Source: an uncultured candidatus Porisulfidus sp. (GTDB taxonomy: Bacteria > Pseudomonadota > Gammaproteobacteria > Poriferisulfidales > Oxydemutatoraceae). Taken from it: 64,000 nucleotides of DNA. The position numbers were made by a program, and so were the translations under genes. The stretch lies in contig OZ244052.1 in NCBI GenBank assembly GCA_965215125.1, positions 1,984,001 to 2,048,000 of the forward strand, read 5' to 3'. Under the pieces are notes generated by a model. It was not told where the DNA came from. It made no database searches and saw nothing but the letters and a program-made list of their open reading frames with translations. Below are positions 29,804-40,100 of this stretch, piece after piece (the stretch's first letter is position 1; the number at the start of each line of letters is the position of its first letter).

Positions 29804-30814
29804 ATGTTTTTGAAAGATAAATTAAACAGACCGATACGCGACCTTAGAATCTCGGTTACCGACCGTTGTAATTTTCGCTGTACTTATTGTATGCCTAAGG
29901 AGATTTACGGGTCCCATTATCAATTTATGCGGCGCGACGAATTACTATCTTTCGAAGAGCTGGTTCGTGTGGTTGGTATATTTGCCGAACTCGGAGTTGT
30001 TAAAGTACGCATCACCGGTGGTGAACCGTTGGCGCGTCAGAATGTAGAGGTGTTGATCAAAATGATTGCACAAACAAAAGGTATCAAAGATATTAGCCTA
30101 ACCACCAACGCCTCCTTATTGACTGCCGACAAAGCACGGCGATTAAAAGAAGCCGGTTTGAAACGTCTTACCGTGAGTTTGGATGCACTCGACAACGAGG
30201 TCTTTATGAAAATGAACGATGTGAATTTTCCGGTCGATAAAATTCTAGAACATATAGACCATGCGAGCGGTGTCGGCTTCGAGACGATTAAAATTAATAT
30301 GGTGGTAGTAAAGGGGCGCAACGAAGATCAAGTTTTGGCTATGGCACACCGCTTTAGAGGGCGCGATTGTATACTCCGTTTTATCGAGTATATGGATGTA
30401 GGTGGTGGCAACCGATGGAAACTAGACCAGGTGGTGTCTACGGCCGACCTGATAAAGTTAATCAACGAGAAATTTCCTATAGAAGCAATCGCTGCCAACT
30501 ATGCGGGTGAGGTTGCGGAACGTTGGCGTTATCGGGATGGTCAAGGAGAGATCGGTTTTATTGCTTCGGTCTCGAAACCCTTTTGTCGCAGTTGCACACG
30601 CATTAGGCTATCTGCCGAAGGTAAACTCTATACCTGTTTATTTGCCTCCCGCGGCCACGATCTGCATCAATTGCTGGACTCAAACTATACCGACGATGAG
30701 CTCAAAAACTATATTATTGATCTGTGGACGCAACGCGAGGATCGTTATTCCGAGATACGCAACGCACAAACGGTCGCTCTTCCCAAAGTAGAAATGTCTT
30801 ATATCGGCGGCTAG
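29804..30814 (+). CDS. moaA: GTP 3',8-cyclase
   Basis: LRISVTDRCNFRCTYCMP, FCRSCTRIRLS, C-terminal MSYIGG. Confidence 0.97.
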   Translation: MFLKDKLNRPIRDLRISVTDRCNFRCTYCMPKEIYGSHYQFMRRDELLSFEELVRVVGIFAELGVVKVRITGGEPLARQNVEVLIKMIAQTKGIKDISLTTNASLLTADKARRLKEAGLKRLTVSLDALDNEVFMKMNDVNFPVDKILEHIDHASGVGFETIKINMVVVKGRNEDQVLAMAHRFRGRDCILRFIEYMDVGGGNRWKLDQVVSTADLIKLINEKFPIEAIAANYAGEVAERWRYRDGQGEIGFIASVSKPFCRSCTRIRLSAEGKLYTCLFASRGHDLHQLLDSNYTDDELKNYIIDLWTQREDRYSEIRNAQTVALPKVEMSYIGG

Positions 30815-32019
30815 AGGGGTGAGTCGGCGCGAGGTGATGTCGCTTGATCGACGGTAGCAGGCGATAGTTCCACCTTTTGGTTGCTATTTAATTTTTCAAT
30901 GTCGCGGGCGACTACCCGTTCACCGCTTTCGATTCCACTCTCGACGATGATCGTATCGGCTACGCGCAAGCCTAGCACGACGGCTCTATTCTCCACGAGT
31001 TTGTCTTCGTTGACGACGAACAAAAAGGGTTGTCCGTCTATATATTGGATTGCGGTAACCGGCACGCTAATGGCATTGTCGTAGCGTTGCCCTTCGAGGG
31101 TAGCTTGTGCAGTCGCGCCGGCTTGCAAATCGGCACCGTCCAATCTAATTTTTACCTTATGGGTATTGGTTTCTTGATCGGGATTTTCTTGCAAAGCGAC
31201 GAGTGTGCCTTCGTAGTACTTTTTGCCTACGGTCACCGGCACCGTACTATTCAATTCTAAGGCACCCACTCGGGTATTACTCACATTTAGAACTAGGTCG
31301 TATTGCGATAAATCGACTAGCCGAACCACTTTTTTAGATCTACTCACATAGTCTCCTACCTCAATCATGACCTCGTTGACCGTGCCGCTAAACGGTGCGC
31401 TCAAGCCGGTGCGTTGCAGGTCGCGTTGTGCATGGCGTAGCAGACTGTCGTTTAAGACTAGGTCTATTTCGGCCCTCTTGATAGAGTGTTGCAATCTGAC
31501 CTGTTCGGAGCGAAAGTCTATAAGCTGTTTTTTCTCCGACTCCAGCAACGACGGTGAGATATGTTGTTTGGTCGATAGACTTTCGGCGCGCGCCACCTCG
31601 CGTTGTTGCATCGCAACATTTTCCATCGTAAGTTTTAGCAGTTCTTTGTCGTATTCTAATTGTGCGGCAACGCTGTCGCGACGCGCTTGCGCCTGCACAT
31701 AGGCATCGTAGTAATCACCCTCGTCTACGGCAAGCAGTACCTGTCCTTGTCTTACATACATTCCGGGTTCTACATAGCGAGCGACGATTTGTCCTTCAAC
31801 TTCAAATTCCAATTCGCTGACTTTAATAGGTTGCAAGCGTCCGGAAAGGGTATAGACAGGTGTGACGCTTTGTGGTTCGGCTATGACGGTTTCTACGGTC
31901 GCTAGAAAATTACTCTCTTTGGAAGCGATGGCTTGGGGACGAGTTTGTATCAATAGAACCGCAAGTAGTGCGCTCACGCATACTACTGCAAGGATCATAA
32001 ATTTTTGGGTCTTTTTCAT
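30811..32019 (-). CDS. RND-type periplasmic adaptor (membrane fusion protein)
   Basis: N-terminal TM, lipoyl half motifs (VEGQIV...VEPGMYV; APFSGTV...GDYV) flanking a coiled coil. Confidence 0.85.
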   Translation of the reverse strand: MKKTQKFMILAVVCVSALLAVLLIQTRPQAIASKESNFLATVETVIAEPQSVTPVYTLSGRLQPIKVSELEFEVEGQIVARYVEPGMYVRQGQVLLAVDEGDYYDAYVQAQARRDSVAAQLEYDKELLKLTMENVAMQQREVARAESLSTKQHISPSLLESEKKQLIDFRSEQVRLQHSIKRAEIDLVLNDSLLRHAQRDLQRTGLSAPFSGTVNEVMIEVGDYVSRSKKVVRLVDLSQYDLVLNVSNTRVGALELNSTVPVTVGKKYYEGTLVALQENPDQETNTHKVKIRLDGADLQAGATAQATLEGQRYDNAISVPVTAIQYIDGQPFLFVVNEDKLVENRAVVLGLRVADTIIVESGIESGERVVARDIEKLNSNQKVELSPATVDQATSPRADSPL

Positions 32020-32162
32020 TTTGCCGTTACTATAATGAGTCTCAACTGCTTATTATCTAATAATTTTAGGAAAACGCTATATGTTACCGCATATTTATAT
32101 CCGATTAAAATTTCACACGGTTCTGTCGTGTTTTTATACAACATAGTAGAGGATTAAGTTTG

Positions 32163-34247
32163 ATGTCTTATCGTTTTTGGGGCTTGATAACATTAGCGAT
32201 GCTGTCATTTTCACAGATATCGTATGCCGAAACCGACCGCTGTGCACCGGTAGTGCCGAAACCTACCGGAACCGACCCCGACCAGCTTCGTATATCGGCG
32301 GAAAGAGTTAGAGTCAACCCGAATCAAATTTCCGTATTGCAAGGTCAAGTACAACTTGAGCAGGCTCAAAAAAGGATACGCGCCGATCGTGTTGCGGTTG
32401 ATACAAACTCCGAGAGGTTAAAAGCCGAAGGTAATGTGCGCTATACGAATTGTGCGACACCGACACCGCTTTGGTTTATCTCCGCCGATGAATTGATATT
32501 CGATCAAAATAAAAACAGCGGCACGATCAAAGACGCATGGTTGCACTTGGGGGCAATTCCGTTTCTATACATGCCGCGTTATCGCATCGATCTATCGCAA
32601 GATAAACGAAAAAGTGGACTGTTGTCGCCGCGCCTTACTTATAAAAGCAAATCGGGTGTTAAAACAGGCATACCACTATATTTCAATATAGCCCCCAACA
32701 AAGATGCAACGATTACGCCTACATTCCATAGTCGGCGCGGCGCGGGGATTGATATGAAATCACGTTATTTGTATGCGCACGATCAAGGCGGTTTCGGTTT
32801 TTCTTGGATAGACGATACCGAATACAACGACGAACGCTACTTCTATTTTTGGGATCATCGCACTCGCGTCGATGATTTGTTTCGCATGGATATTAAAATA
32901 CACCGGGTTTCGGATGCCGACTATGTGCGGGATTTAAGCGGTAATGTAAGTCTATTGAACGAATCCTATTTGCGTAGCTATTTAGAGAGTGATTTATTTT
33001 GGCGCGGGTGGAATTTTAGTCTTCAAACGGAATTATTGCAGCGCGCCGACGACGATGCCGATTGGTTGGAGCGGCCTTACCAATACCAAATAAGGCCGGG
33101 ACTTACAGTGTCGCGAATATTTGCCGACGGTCCTTTGGGCTTCAATTTTGAGTTCCAATCTCAAGCTACGCAATTCGTTCACAGATATCGTTATCTACAA
33201 GAAGCCGATGGCAGTCGCGAGTATATTCCTCTAGGCAATCGTTTCCATAATAGTCTTAGAATGGATTGGTCCTATCGCCGCCCGTGGTTTTTTATAGCCC
33301 CTGCTGCCACCATTAATCACACGCACTATAAGATCTATAGGCAAAGCGACCTCAACCGCACACAGCCGGTCTTTAGCGTGCACTCGGGTTTGATATTCGA
33401 AAAGGTTGCCCAACAAGATGACCTATTCAGGCACACGATAGAACCCACTTTGTTTTATTTAAATGTGCCGAGACGAGAGCAAGACGACATACCGTTGTTT
33501 GATACCACTGTGAACGAATTCAATTTTCAAAGACTGTTTTCCGAGAATCGTTTTAACGGTGTCGATCGTATCGGTGATGCCGATCAGCTCACTTTGGCTT
33601 TGAATAGCCGTCTGTTTCATCGTAGCAGTGGCAAAGAGGCTATGCGGGCAAGTTTAGGCCGTATTTATTATTTCAGGGATCGTCAAGTGCAGATCAATAC
33701 CGACGCAGACAAGGTGCGGCCGCAATCTCCGTTAATCGGTGAACTGCATTTAGATCTCAATAACAAGATAAAATTTCTATCTTCGTGGGTTTGGGATTCG
33801 AAGCAAGACCAAACCTTGAAATTGACATCTCGGCTATCGATTAAAGGCAGCCGAAACCGTGTCGTTAATCTGTATTACCGCTCGCAAGCCGACGCATTCG
33901 ACGAACAGTTAGCTTTTGAATCCGACCACGGCTTTGAACAAGGTGGCATCAACCTCGGTATACCGCTCGGCGATCGTTGGACAATGTTGGCAGGTTGGTC
34001 CTACGATTTTGATGCCGACGACAATTTATCAACCTTTGCCGGCGTTGAATATCGTAGCTGTTGTTGGACATTGAGTGTGGGTCTACAACGGCGGCTGATA
34101 GATGTAGACAACGATAGCGGGCGTATAGCCGACGGCAGCCTTGATTTTGAAAACTTCGTAGGTTTTGAATTTAACCTTGAAGGATTAGGCGGTATAGGTG
34201 ATAATTTACAACGAAATTTAAGCAAAGAAGTATTCGGTTATAAATAA
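32163..34247 (+). CDS. lptD: LPS assembly protein LptD
   Basis: RKSGLL, PLYFNIAPN, FSENRFNGVDRIGDA, YRSCCW; upstream of surA-pdxA. Confidence 0.93.
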   Translation: MSYRFWGLITLAMLSFSQISYAETDRCAPVVPKPTGTDPDQLRISAERVRVNPNQISVLQGQVQLEQAQKRIRADRVAVDTNSERLKAEGNVRYTNCATPTPLWFISADELIFDQNKNSGTIKDAWLHLGAIPFLYMPRYRIDLSQDKRKSGLLSPRLTYKSKSGVKTGIPLYFNIAPNKDATITPTFHSRRGAGIDMKSRYLYAHDQGGFGFSWIDDTEYNDERYFYFWDHRTRVDDLFRMDIKIHRVSDADYVRDLSGNVSLLNESYLRSYLESDLFWRGWNFSLQTELLQRADDDADWLERPYQYQIRPGLTVSRIFADGPLGFNFEFQSQATQFVHRYRYLQEADGSREYIPLGNRFHNSLRMDWSYRRPWFFIAPAATINHTHYKIYRQSDLNRTQPVFSVHSGLIFEKVAQQDDLFRHTIEPTLFYLNVPRREQDDIPLFDTTVNEFNFQRLFSENRFNGVDRIGDADQLTLALNSRLFHRSSGKEAMRASLGRIYYFRDRQVQINTDADKVRPQSPLIGELHLDLNNKIKFLSSWVWDSKQDQTLKLTSRLSIKGSRNRVVNLYYRSQADAFDEQLAFESDHGFEQGGINLGIPLGDRWTMLAGWSYDFDADDNLSTFAGVEYRSCCWTLSVGLQRRLIDVDNDSGRIADGSLDFENFVGFEFNLEGLGGIGDNLQRNLSKEVFGYK

Positions 34248-34288
34248 TGATATATTTGATGGTTATGATAAACCCAATGAATAAATGT

Positions 34289-34582
34289 GGGGCTGTTGAA
34301 AATGTATCGGCAGCGCAAAAATCCAACCGCTTGCGCCATCCAATTACGCAAACCGCCTGTAGGGGCGGACTAGCATGTCCGCCCGAAACGCGTTGCGCCG
34401 CCACGATTTATACATTCATCCATCCAATTTATGGAAACCAAAACCATGTGGCGTAGGCGGTTGGGTTTGTGCCGAACGGTAGTTAAGGGCAGACATATAA
34501 GTCTGCCCCTACGGGTGGTTTGTAAATATTCACGGCGCAAGCGGTTGCAGTTGTGCAAAAACAATACTTTTTCAACAGCCCC
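34289..34582. mobile_element. MITE-like element (294 bp) carrying two inverted REP hairpins
   Basis: Ends GGGGCTGTTGAAAATGTAT and ATACTTTTTCAACAGCCCC; internal REPs at 34359-34384 and 34486-34512. Confidence 0.8.
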
Positions 34583-34652
34583 CGGCATGTCTGCACAATT
34601 TAACCGAGGGCATCCTCCAAACATACCGAATCCTTGCACAAACCCAACCGCT

Positions 34653-35939
34653 ATGCGCTCCATGTTGTGCGCACCGCAACTTGAAATTTTAATCGCAATT
34701 TTATTATTTGTCGCGATCATTCCTGCATCCTCGCAAGCTCAACCGAAGGTAATAGATAAAATCGTCGCAGTAGTCGGAGATGTTGCAATCAGCTCGCGCG
34801 AACTGGCAATGACGGTGGATCGCGTCAAGCAGAATATGGCGCGTCAAGAACAAGAGATTCCGGACTCCCAAACCCTGGTTCCTAGGGTTTTAGAACAGCT
34901 GATAGTCGTTAAACTACAACTCCAAGAAGCGAAACGCCTGGGTATTACGATAGACGAAATAGCACTTGATCAAATGCTTGCCAAAATTGCCGCCGATAAC
35001 GGTAAGACCCTTGCCGAGATGAAAGCCGAAATTGAACGCAGTCAAGGAAGTTATAGCGAGATGCGAGAGTCGGTGCGTCAAGAGTTCATCATCTCTCAAC
35101 TCAGGCAAAGCGTGATTAATAGTATAGTGGTTTCCGAGAGTGAAATAGAAGCCAAACTGAGAGAAATCAATGCGCAGACACTATTTAGTTTTTCTTATTT
35201 AGCGGCGGAATTACCGGAGGCGGAAAGTGAACGTGAAGAATTGACGCAATGGTTTCACAACCTGCGCCTTAAAATACTAAACGAAAACGATTTTTACGAT
35301 ATCGCGAAGCAAGCGGCGAAAAAAGCATCGGTAAACTATAAAAGATCGCAGCCTAGACGGCTAAACCAATTACCGAAGCTACTGCAAGAGAAAGTATTGA
35401 ATATGAATATCGGCGACATCACCTCGGTTATCAAGACTGCCGATACACTTTACCTATTTAGTTTAGACGGCAGACAGGCAGAACAATTACCGCAGATCGT
35501 TGAAAAGCAATATCATATTAGACATATCCTATTGAGATCCGATGCGATGTATTCCGATTCGTATATACGCAAAAAACTACTTGCGATCAAAAGACGTATT
35601 GAAAACGGCGAGAGCTTTGAACAAATGGCAAAAAAATACTCGCAAGACCCCGGTAGCGGCTTCAAAGGCGGCGACTTGGGATGGATCCCCACCGAAGGCT
35701 TGGCAGCGGAATTCGCACAGCAAGTGGAAAATGCACCACATCGCAAACTCATCGGACCTTTTGCGACCGCCTTCGGACAGCATATATTGGAAGTACTGGG
35801 CGAACGCCGACAAGATGTCAGCAACCGAATACAAAGACGAAACATCATTGCACAGCTACGCCAAGAAAAGTCGGGTGTCGAAATAAACGAATGGTTGCTT
35901 AGATTGCGAGAAAGCCGATATATAGACATCAGACTTTGA
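34653..35939 (+). CDS. surA: periplasmic chaperone/PPIase SurA
   Basis: Signal peptide then DKIVAVV, RHILL, AKKYSQD, GGDLGW. The ORF-track start at 34431 lies inside the MITE, so the true start is about 34653-34662. Confidence 0.9.
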   Translation: MRSMLCAPQLEILIAILLFVAIIPASSQAQPKVIDKIVAVVGDVAISSRELAMTVDRVKQNMARQEQEIPDSQTLVPRVLEQLIVVKLQLQEAKRLGITIDEIALDQMLAKIAADNGKTLAEMKAEIERSQGSYSEMRESVRQEFIISQLRQSVINSIVVSESEIEAKLREINAQTLFSFSYLAAELPEAESEREELTQWFHNLRLKILNENDFYDIAKQAAKKASVNYKRSQPRRLNQLPKLLQEKVLNMNIGDITSVIKTADTLYLFSLDGRQAEQLPQIVEKQYHIRHILLRSDAMYSDSYIRKKLLAIKRRIENGESFEQMAKKYSQDPGSGFKGGDLGWIPTEGLAAEFAQQVENAPHRKLIGPFATAFGQHILEVLGERRQDVSNRIQRRNIIAQLRQEKSGVEINEWLLRLRESRYIDIRL

Positions 35940-36913
35940 GACCACACAAAACCATTGCAATCACAGCTGCGGAACCTGCCGGCATCGGTCCCGACATACT
36001 GGCTTCGCTTGCTCATATACCGATTGCCGATGCCACACTTGCGGTAATCGGCAATGCAGAATTATTGGAGCTTCGCGCAAAACAAATCGCAAAACCTATT
36101 AAAACGTATACTTATACCGATGATACCGTGCAAACACATCGCGGCGATGGAACTTTGGCGGTCATCGATGTTGCGTTGCCGGTACCGGTTGTTGCCGGGC
36201 AAATTGATACGCGTAATGTTCCTTATGTGTTGGAGCAATTGGATATTGCCGTGCGCGGTTGCTTGCGGGGTTCTTTTGACGCACTGGTCACCGGTCCCGT
36301 CAATAAGGCAGCTATTTGTCAAGCGAGCATCCCTTTTCAAGGACATACCGAATATCTTGCACAAGCCTGCGATAGCGGTAGCGTTATGTTGCTCGAAGCC
36401 GAGGCATTACGCATTGCACTGGCAACCACCCACATTCCTTTATCCGAAGTGCCGAGACAACTCTCCCGTGATTTATTGACAAAAACAATTAAGATATTGC
36501 ACGACGATATGCGTCGTCGCTTTAAGATGGATGCGCCTCGTATCGCGGTATGCGGACTGAACCCGCATGCCGGGGAACAGGGTTATTTAGGATCGGAAGA
36601 AATTGAAGTAATCGCACCTGCGATAGCCGAATGTGCTGCACAAGGAATAATGACATTCGGCCCGGTCTCCGCCGATACTGCATTTACACCCGAGCAACTA
36701 CGGCAATGCGATGTGAGTCTTGCGATGTATCATGATCAAGGCCTTGCGGTTGTCAAGTATGCAGGTTTCGGGCAAGTCGTCAACATTACTCTGGGACTAC
36801 CGTTTGTGCGTACCTCGGTAGACCACGGCACCGCCTTGGAATTAGCCGGTAGTGGACAGGCTCGATCTACCAGCTTGGAACACGCGGTGCGCCGTGCAAT
36901 CCAATTATCCTAG
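35936..36913 (+). CDS. pdxA: 4-hydroxythreonine-4-phosphate dehydrogenase
   Basis: EPAGIGPD, GHTEYL, GLNPHAGE, MYHDQGL, RTSVDHGTA. Confidence 0.96.
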   Translation: MRPHKTIAITAAEPAGIGPDILASLAHIPIADATLAVIGNAELLELRAKQIAKPIKTYTYTDDTVQTHRGDGTLAVIDVALPVPVVAGQIDTRNVPYVLEQLDIAVRGCLRGSFDALVTGPVNKAAICQASIPFQGHTEYLAQACDSGSVMLLEAEALRIALATTHIPLSEVPRQLSRDLLTKTIKILHDDMRRRFKMDAPRIAVCGLNPHAGEQGYLGSEEIEVIAPAIAECAAQGIMTFGPVSADTAFTPEQLRQCDVSLAMYHDQGLAVVKYAGFGQVVNITLGLPFVRTSVDHGTALELAGSGQARSTSLEHAVRRAIQLS

Positions 36914-36924
36914 TGGTGGTATTC

Positions 36925-36970
36925 GGGGTTGTTGGAAAATACGGTTTTGCACGAACCGAACCGCTGGTGC
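36925..36970. repeat. truncated MITE-like end
   Basis: ggggttgttggaaaatacggttttgcacgaa resembles the terminal repeat and 28560-28580. Confidence 0.55.
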
Positions 36971-37109
36971 TACTGCAACAAGTGGCAGTTCTATTTGTGC
37001 TTACAGACTTCATTATAATCTTGACTAGCATGTAAGAATTTTTTAAGATATTCTACAATATGTTCATAATTAATATAATCGGGGAATCCAGCACAATAAA
37101 AAGGTAAAA

Positions 37110-40100
37110 ATGAAGCCCCTCTTGATCATTCTATTTGCCCTATTCAGCACAAATCTAATGGCTCAAACCGACATAGATAGGGATGGCGACGGTCTGATAG
37201 ATATTAATCATCTGGAGGATTTGGATGAAATCCGCCATCACTTAAACGGTTTGCCGCCGGCTTGCGGAGAAAATAACAACGAAGCCTATAGAGGCTATGA
37301 ATTAATAAGAAGCCTGGGTTTTAACGACGATACACGCTACTTGGATGCCGATGCCAACAAAGAGAGATGGACGACGGGTGCAGGTTGGCAACCGATCGGT
37401 GATTTTGATAATCCTTTCAATGCGCTATTCATGGCGAGTACCGAGACCTTGACTATTTCTAATTTGACGATAGACAAACGCAGTGAATCGAGTATAGGTT
37501 TGTTCGGTGTGTCTTTCGGTGGTATAGCCGATATTCATTTAAGCGATGTATCGTTTAAAGGATATAGCGTAGTCGGTGGTTTGGTCAATGATAATCAAGG
37601 TGTCGTCAATCAGAGCTACCGGCAGGCAAACGAGGCGATAAGCGATAACGGTGTGGGTGAAGCACAAGACGACTTGCAACGGGTTTCTTCGTTCTCGGAG
37701 TGGTCGTCGGCAAACTGGGATTTCACTGCCGGCGAGTATCCGGGTTTGCAGTATGCGGTGGGCAACGACGAGGATGGCCCTGCGTGCGAGACACCGCCGC
37801 CGGATACCGAACTGCCGAACTGCGGAGCTTTATTGGCGGAACAGAGATTTGAGCTGGAGCGTATAGAATTAGTCGGGGCAGGGTTATTACCCGACTTCGA
37901 CCTTGCGATCGACAACTATGTTGCAGGTGTTTCCGCCGAGACAACGAATGTCATGATAATCGTGCGTGCGAACCGTAAAGATACACCGATTAGAATAAAC
38001 GGTAATGTCGTATCGGTTGATGCGGTCAATGTCGTGGAATTAGCCGAAGCAGGGAACACGCAAATTGAAGTCGTGAGTGTAGCGGAGGCTACAACCTATA
38101 CCATCGTAGTCAGGAAAATAACCTTGCCGCCGTGCCATGCTTTAATAGAATTTCCCGATGACAACGACGGCATAGCCCAAACCATAGATATTGACAAGAA
38201 TAACAACGGCTTGATAGAAATCTGCGATTTGGAAGGTCTCGATGAAATACGCTATCGATTGAATGGCACCGGTTATAAAACAAGTGCCGATGCGGTGGTA
38301 ATAATGACAGGTTGCCCTGCCGACGGTTGCAGGGGTTATGAGCTAACCAAAGATCTAGACTTCACGGATAACGATAGCTACCGCATAGCAGACAATAAGG
38401 TAATATGGACTGCCGATAAAGATAGAACGAATTCAGGCTGGACACCTATTGATCCCCGTGCTCCTTTGACCGCTATATTCGAGGGAAACAATCACACTAT
38501 TGCTAATTTATATATCAATATGAATGATTCGGTAACAATAGGTTTATTTAGCGTCATTAGATCCGAGATCAGGAATGTCAATCTATCGAATGTGGACATC
38601 AACGGGTTTACTATAGTAGGTGGATTGGTCGGCTTAAATGGAGGTCTAATCATCAATAGTCGGATGACCGGTAGCGTTTCCGCAACCTTATCTAATCTCG
38701 GTGGACTGGTTGGTGTTAACGGTGTTAATGCCGAAATCAGTAATAGTTCTGCGAGTGGCACTGTCACCGGCCCGGCTACCGTAGGCGGCTTGGTTGGTCT
38801 TAATATTAGCATAATCAGAAATAGTTTTGCGAGTGGTATTGTCACCGGCACGGATAGCGTAGGCGGATTATCGGGAATTACGGGTAATGATGGACTCGTC
38901 ATTAATAGTCACGCCGACAGTACGGTGAACGGCACGGAAATGGACGATACCGGCATAGGTGGGCTAATCGGTACCAGTAGTGGTTTTATCATGGGTAGCC
39001 ATGCAAGCGGTGCCGTTAATGTTGACGCACAGGGGAATGATACCGGTGTAGGTGGCTTGGTCGGTCAAAATTCTTCTTTAATCATCAACAGCTATGCGAC
39101 CGGTGCCACCCGCGGTCATAGCAGTGTGGGTGGCTTGGTGGGATTAAGCGAGGAGGGTATGTCGGGTAGTTTAATGACAATCATCAACAGCTATGCGACC
39201 GGCGATGCGAGCGGCACGGGAAATAACAATAAAAACATAGGCGGTTTGATCGGCCATAACAACAAAGCGCGTATTATAAATACTTATGCCGAGGGCGATG
39301 TATCGGGTATCTCAAATGCGGGTGGTTTAATCGGTCTATCGACGAGCGGCACGATTGAAAACAGTTATACGATCGGTGCGGTGCGTGGCACGGGAGACGA
39401 TAACAAAAACATCGGTGGGATGGTCGGTGCGACTTCGGACACTGTTATTATCACCGCCAGCTATTGGAATAGAGACACCGGTGGACAAGCCACTTCCGCC
39501 AGCGGCACGAGTAAAACAAGGATGGAACTGCAATCACCGACTGCACCGGGAAGCACTTCAACCGAGATTTATTACAACTGGAATCCAGACTATCCGGCAC
39601 ATGCCGATTGGGATTTCGGAGACTCGCAGACCTATCCGGCACTTCGCTATGCCGTCGGCCCCGACGAAGATAACGCCGCCTGCGACGACGACCCCGATAC
39701 GATATTGCCTCAATGTAGCTTATTGTTGCCCGATCAACCCGGTCGCGATCGGGGTTTAGATTTCGTATTTTTCTTGTTGGATGCAGACGACGCTATTTTA
39801 GAACTGGAGCCGTCACTCTCTCCGCTTGTCAACGAATATAAGCTCTTCGTTGCCGGTGATTTGAATACCATACGACTGAGACCGTTTGCGGTCAACGGTG
39901 GTGCTACAACGATTAAAATTATAAAAGACGAAGAGAGCCCCGAAGAGAATTATTTTGCCGGCATGAATAGCGGTGACACGAGTAGTACCATAACTTTGGA
40001 CGATGCGACGACCCCCCTAGTCGTTACGGTGGCAGAGACCATAAACAGCCTCGAGATCGAAAATGTCTATCGGTTTGGGATAACGAAAGTGTCGCCTTCG

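Noticed and set aside
34431-34652. Long N-terminal extension of SurA
   Set aside because: It is encoded by MITE/REP sequence and would bury the signal peptide.
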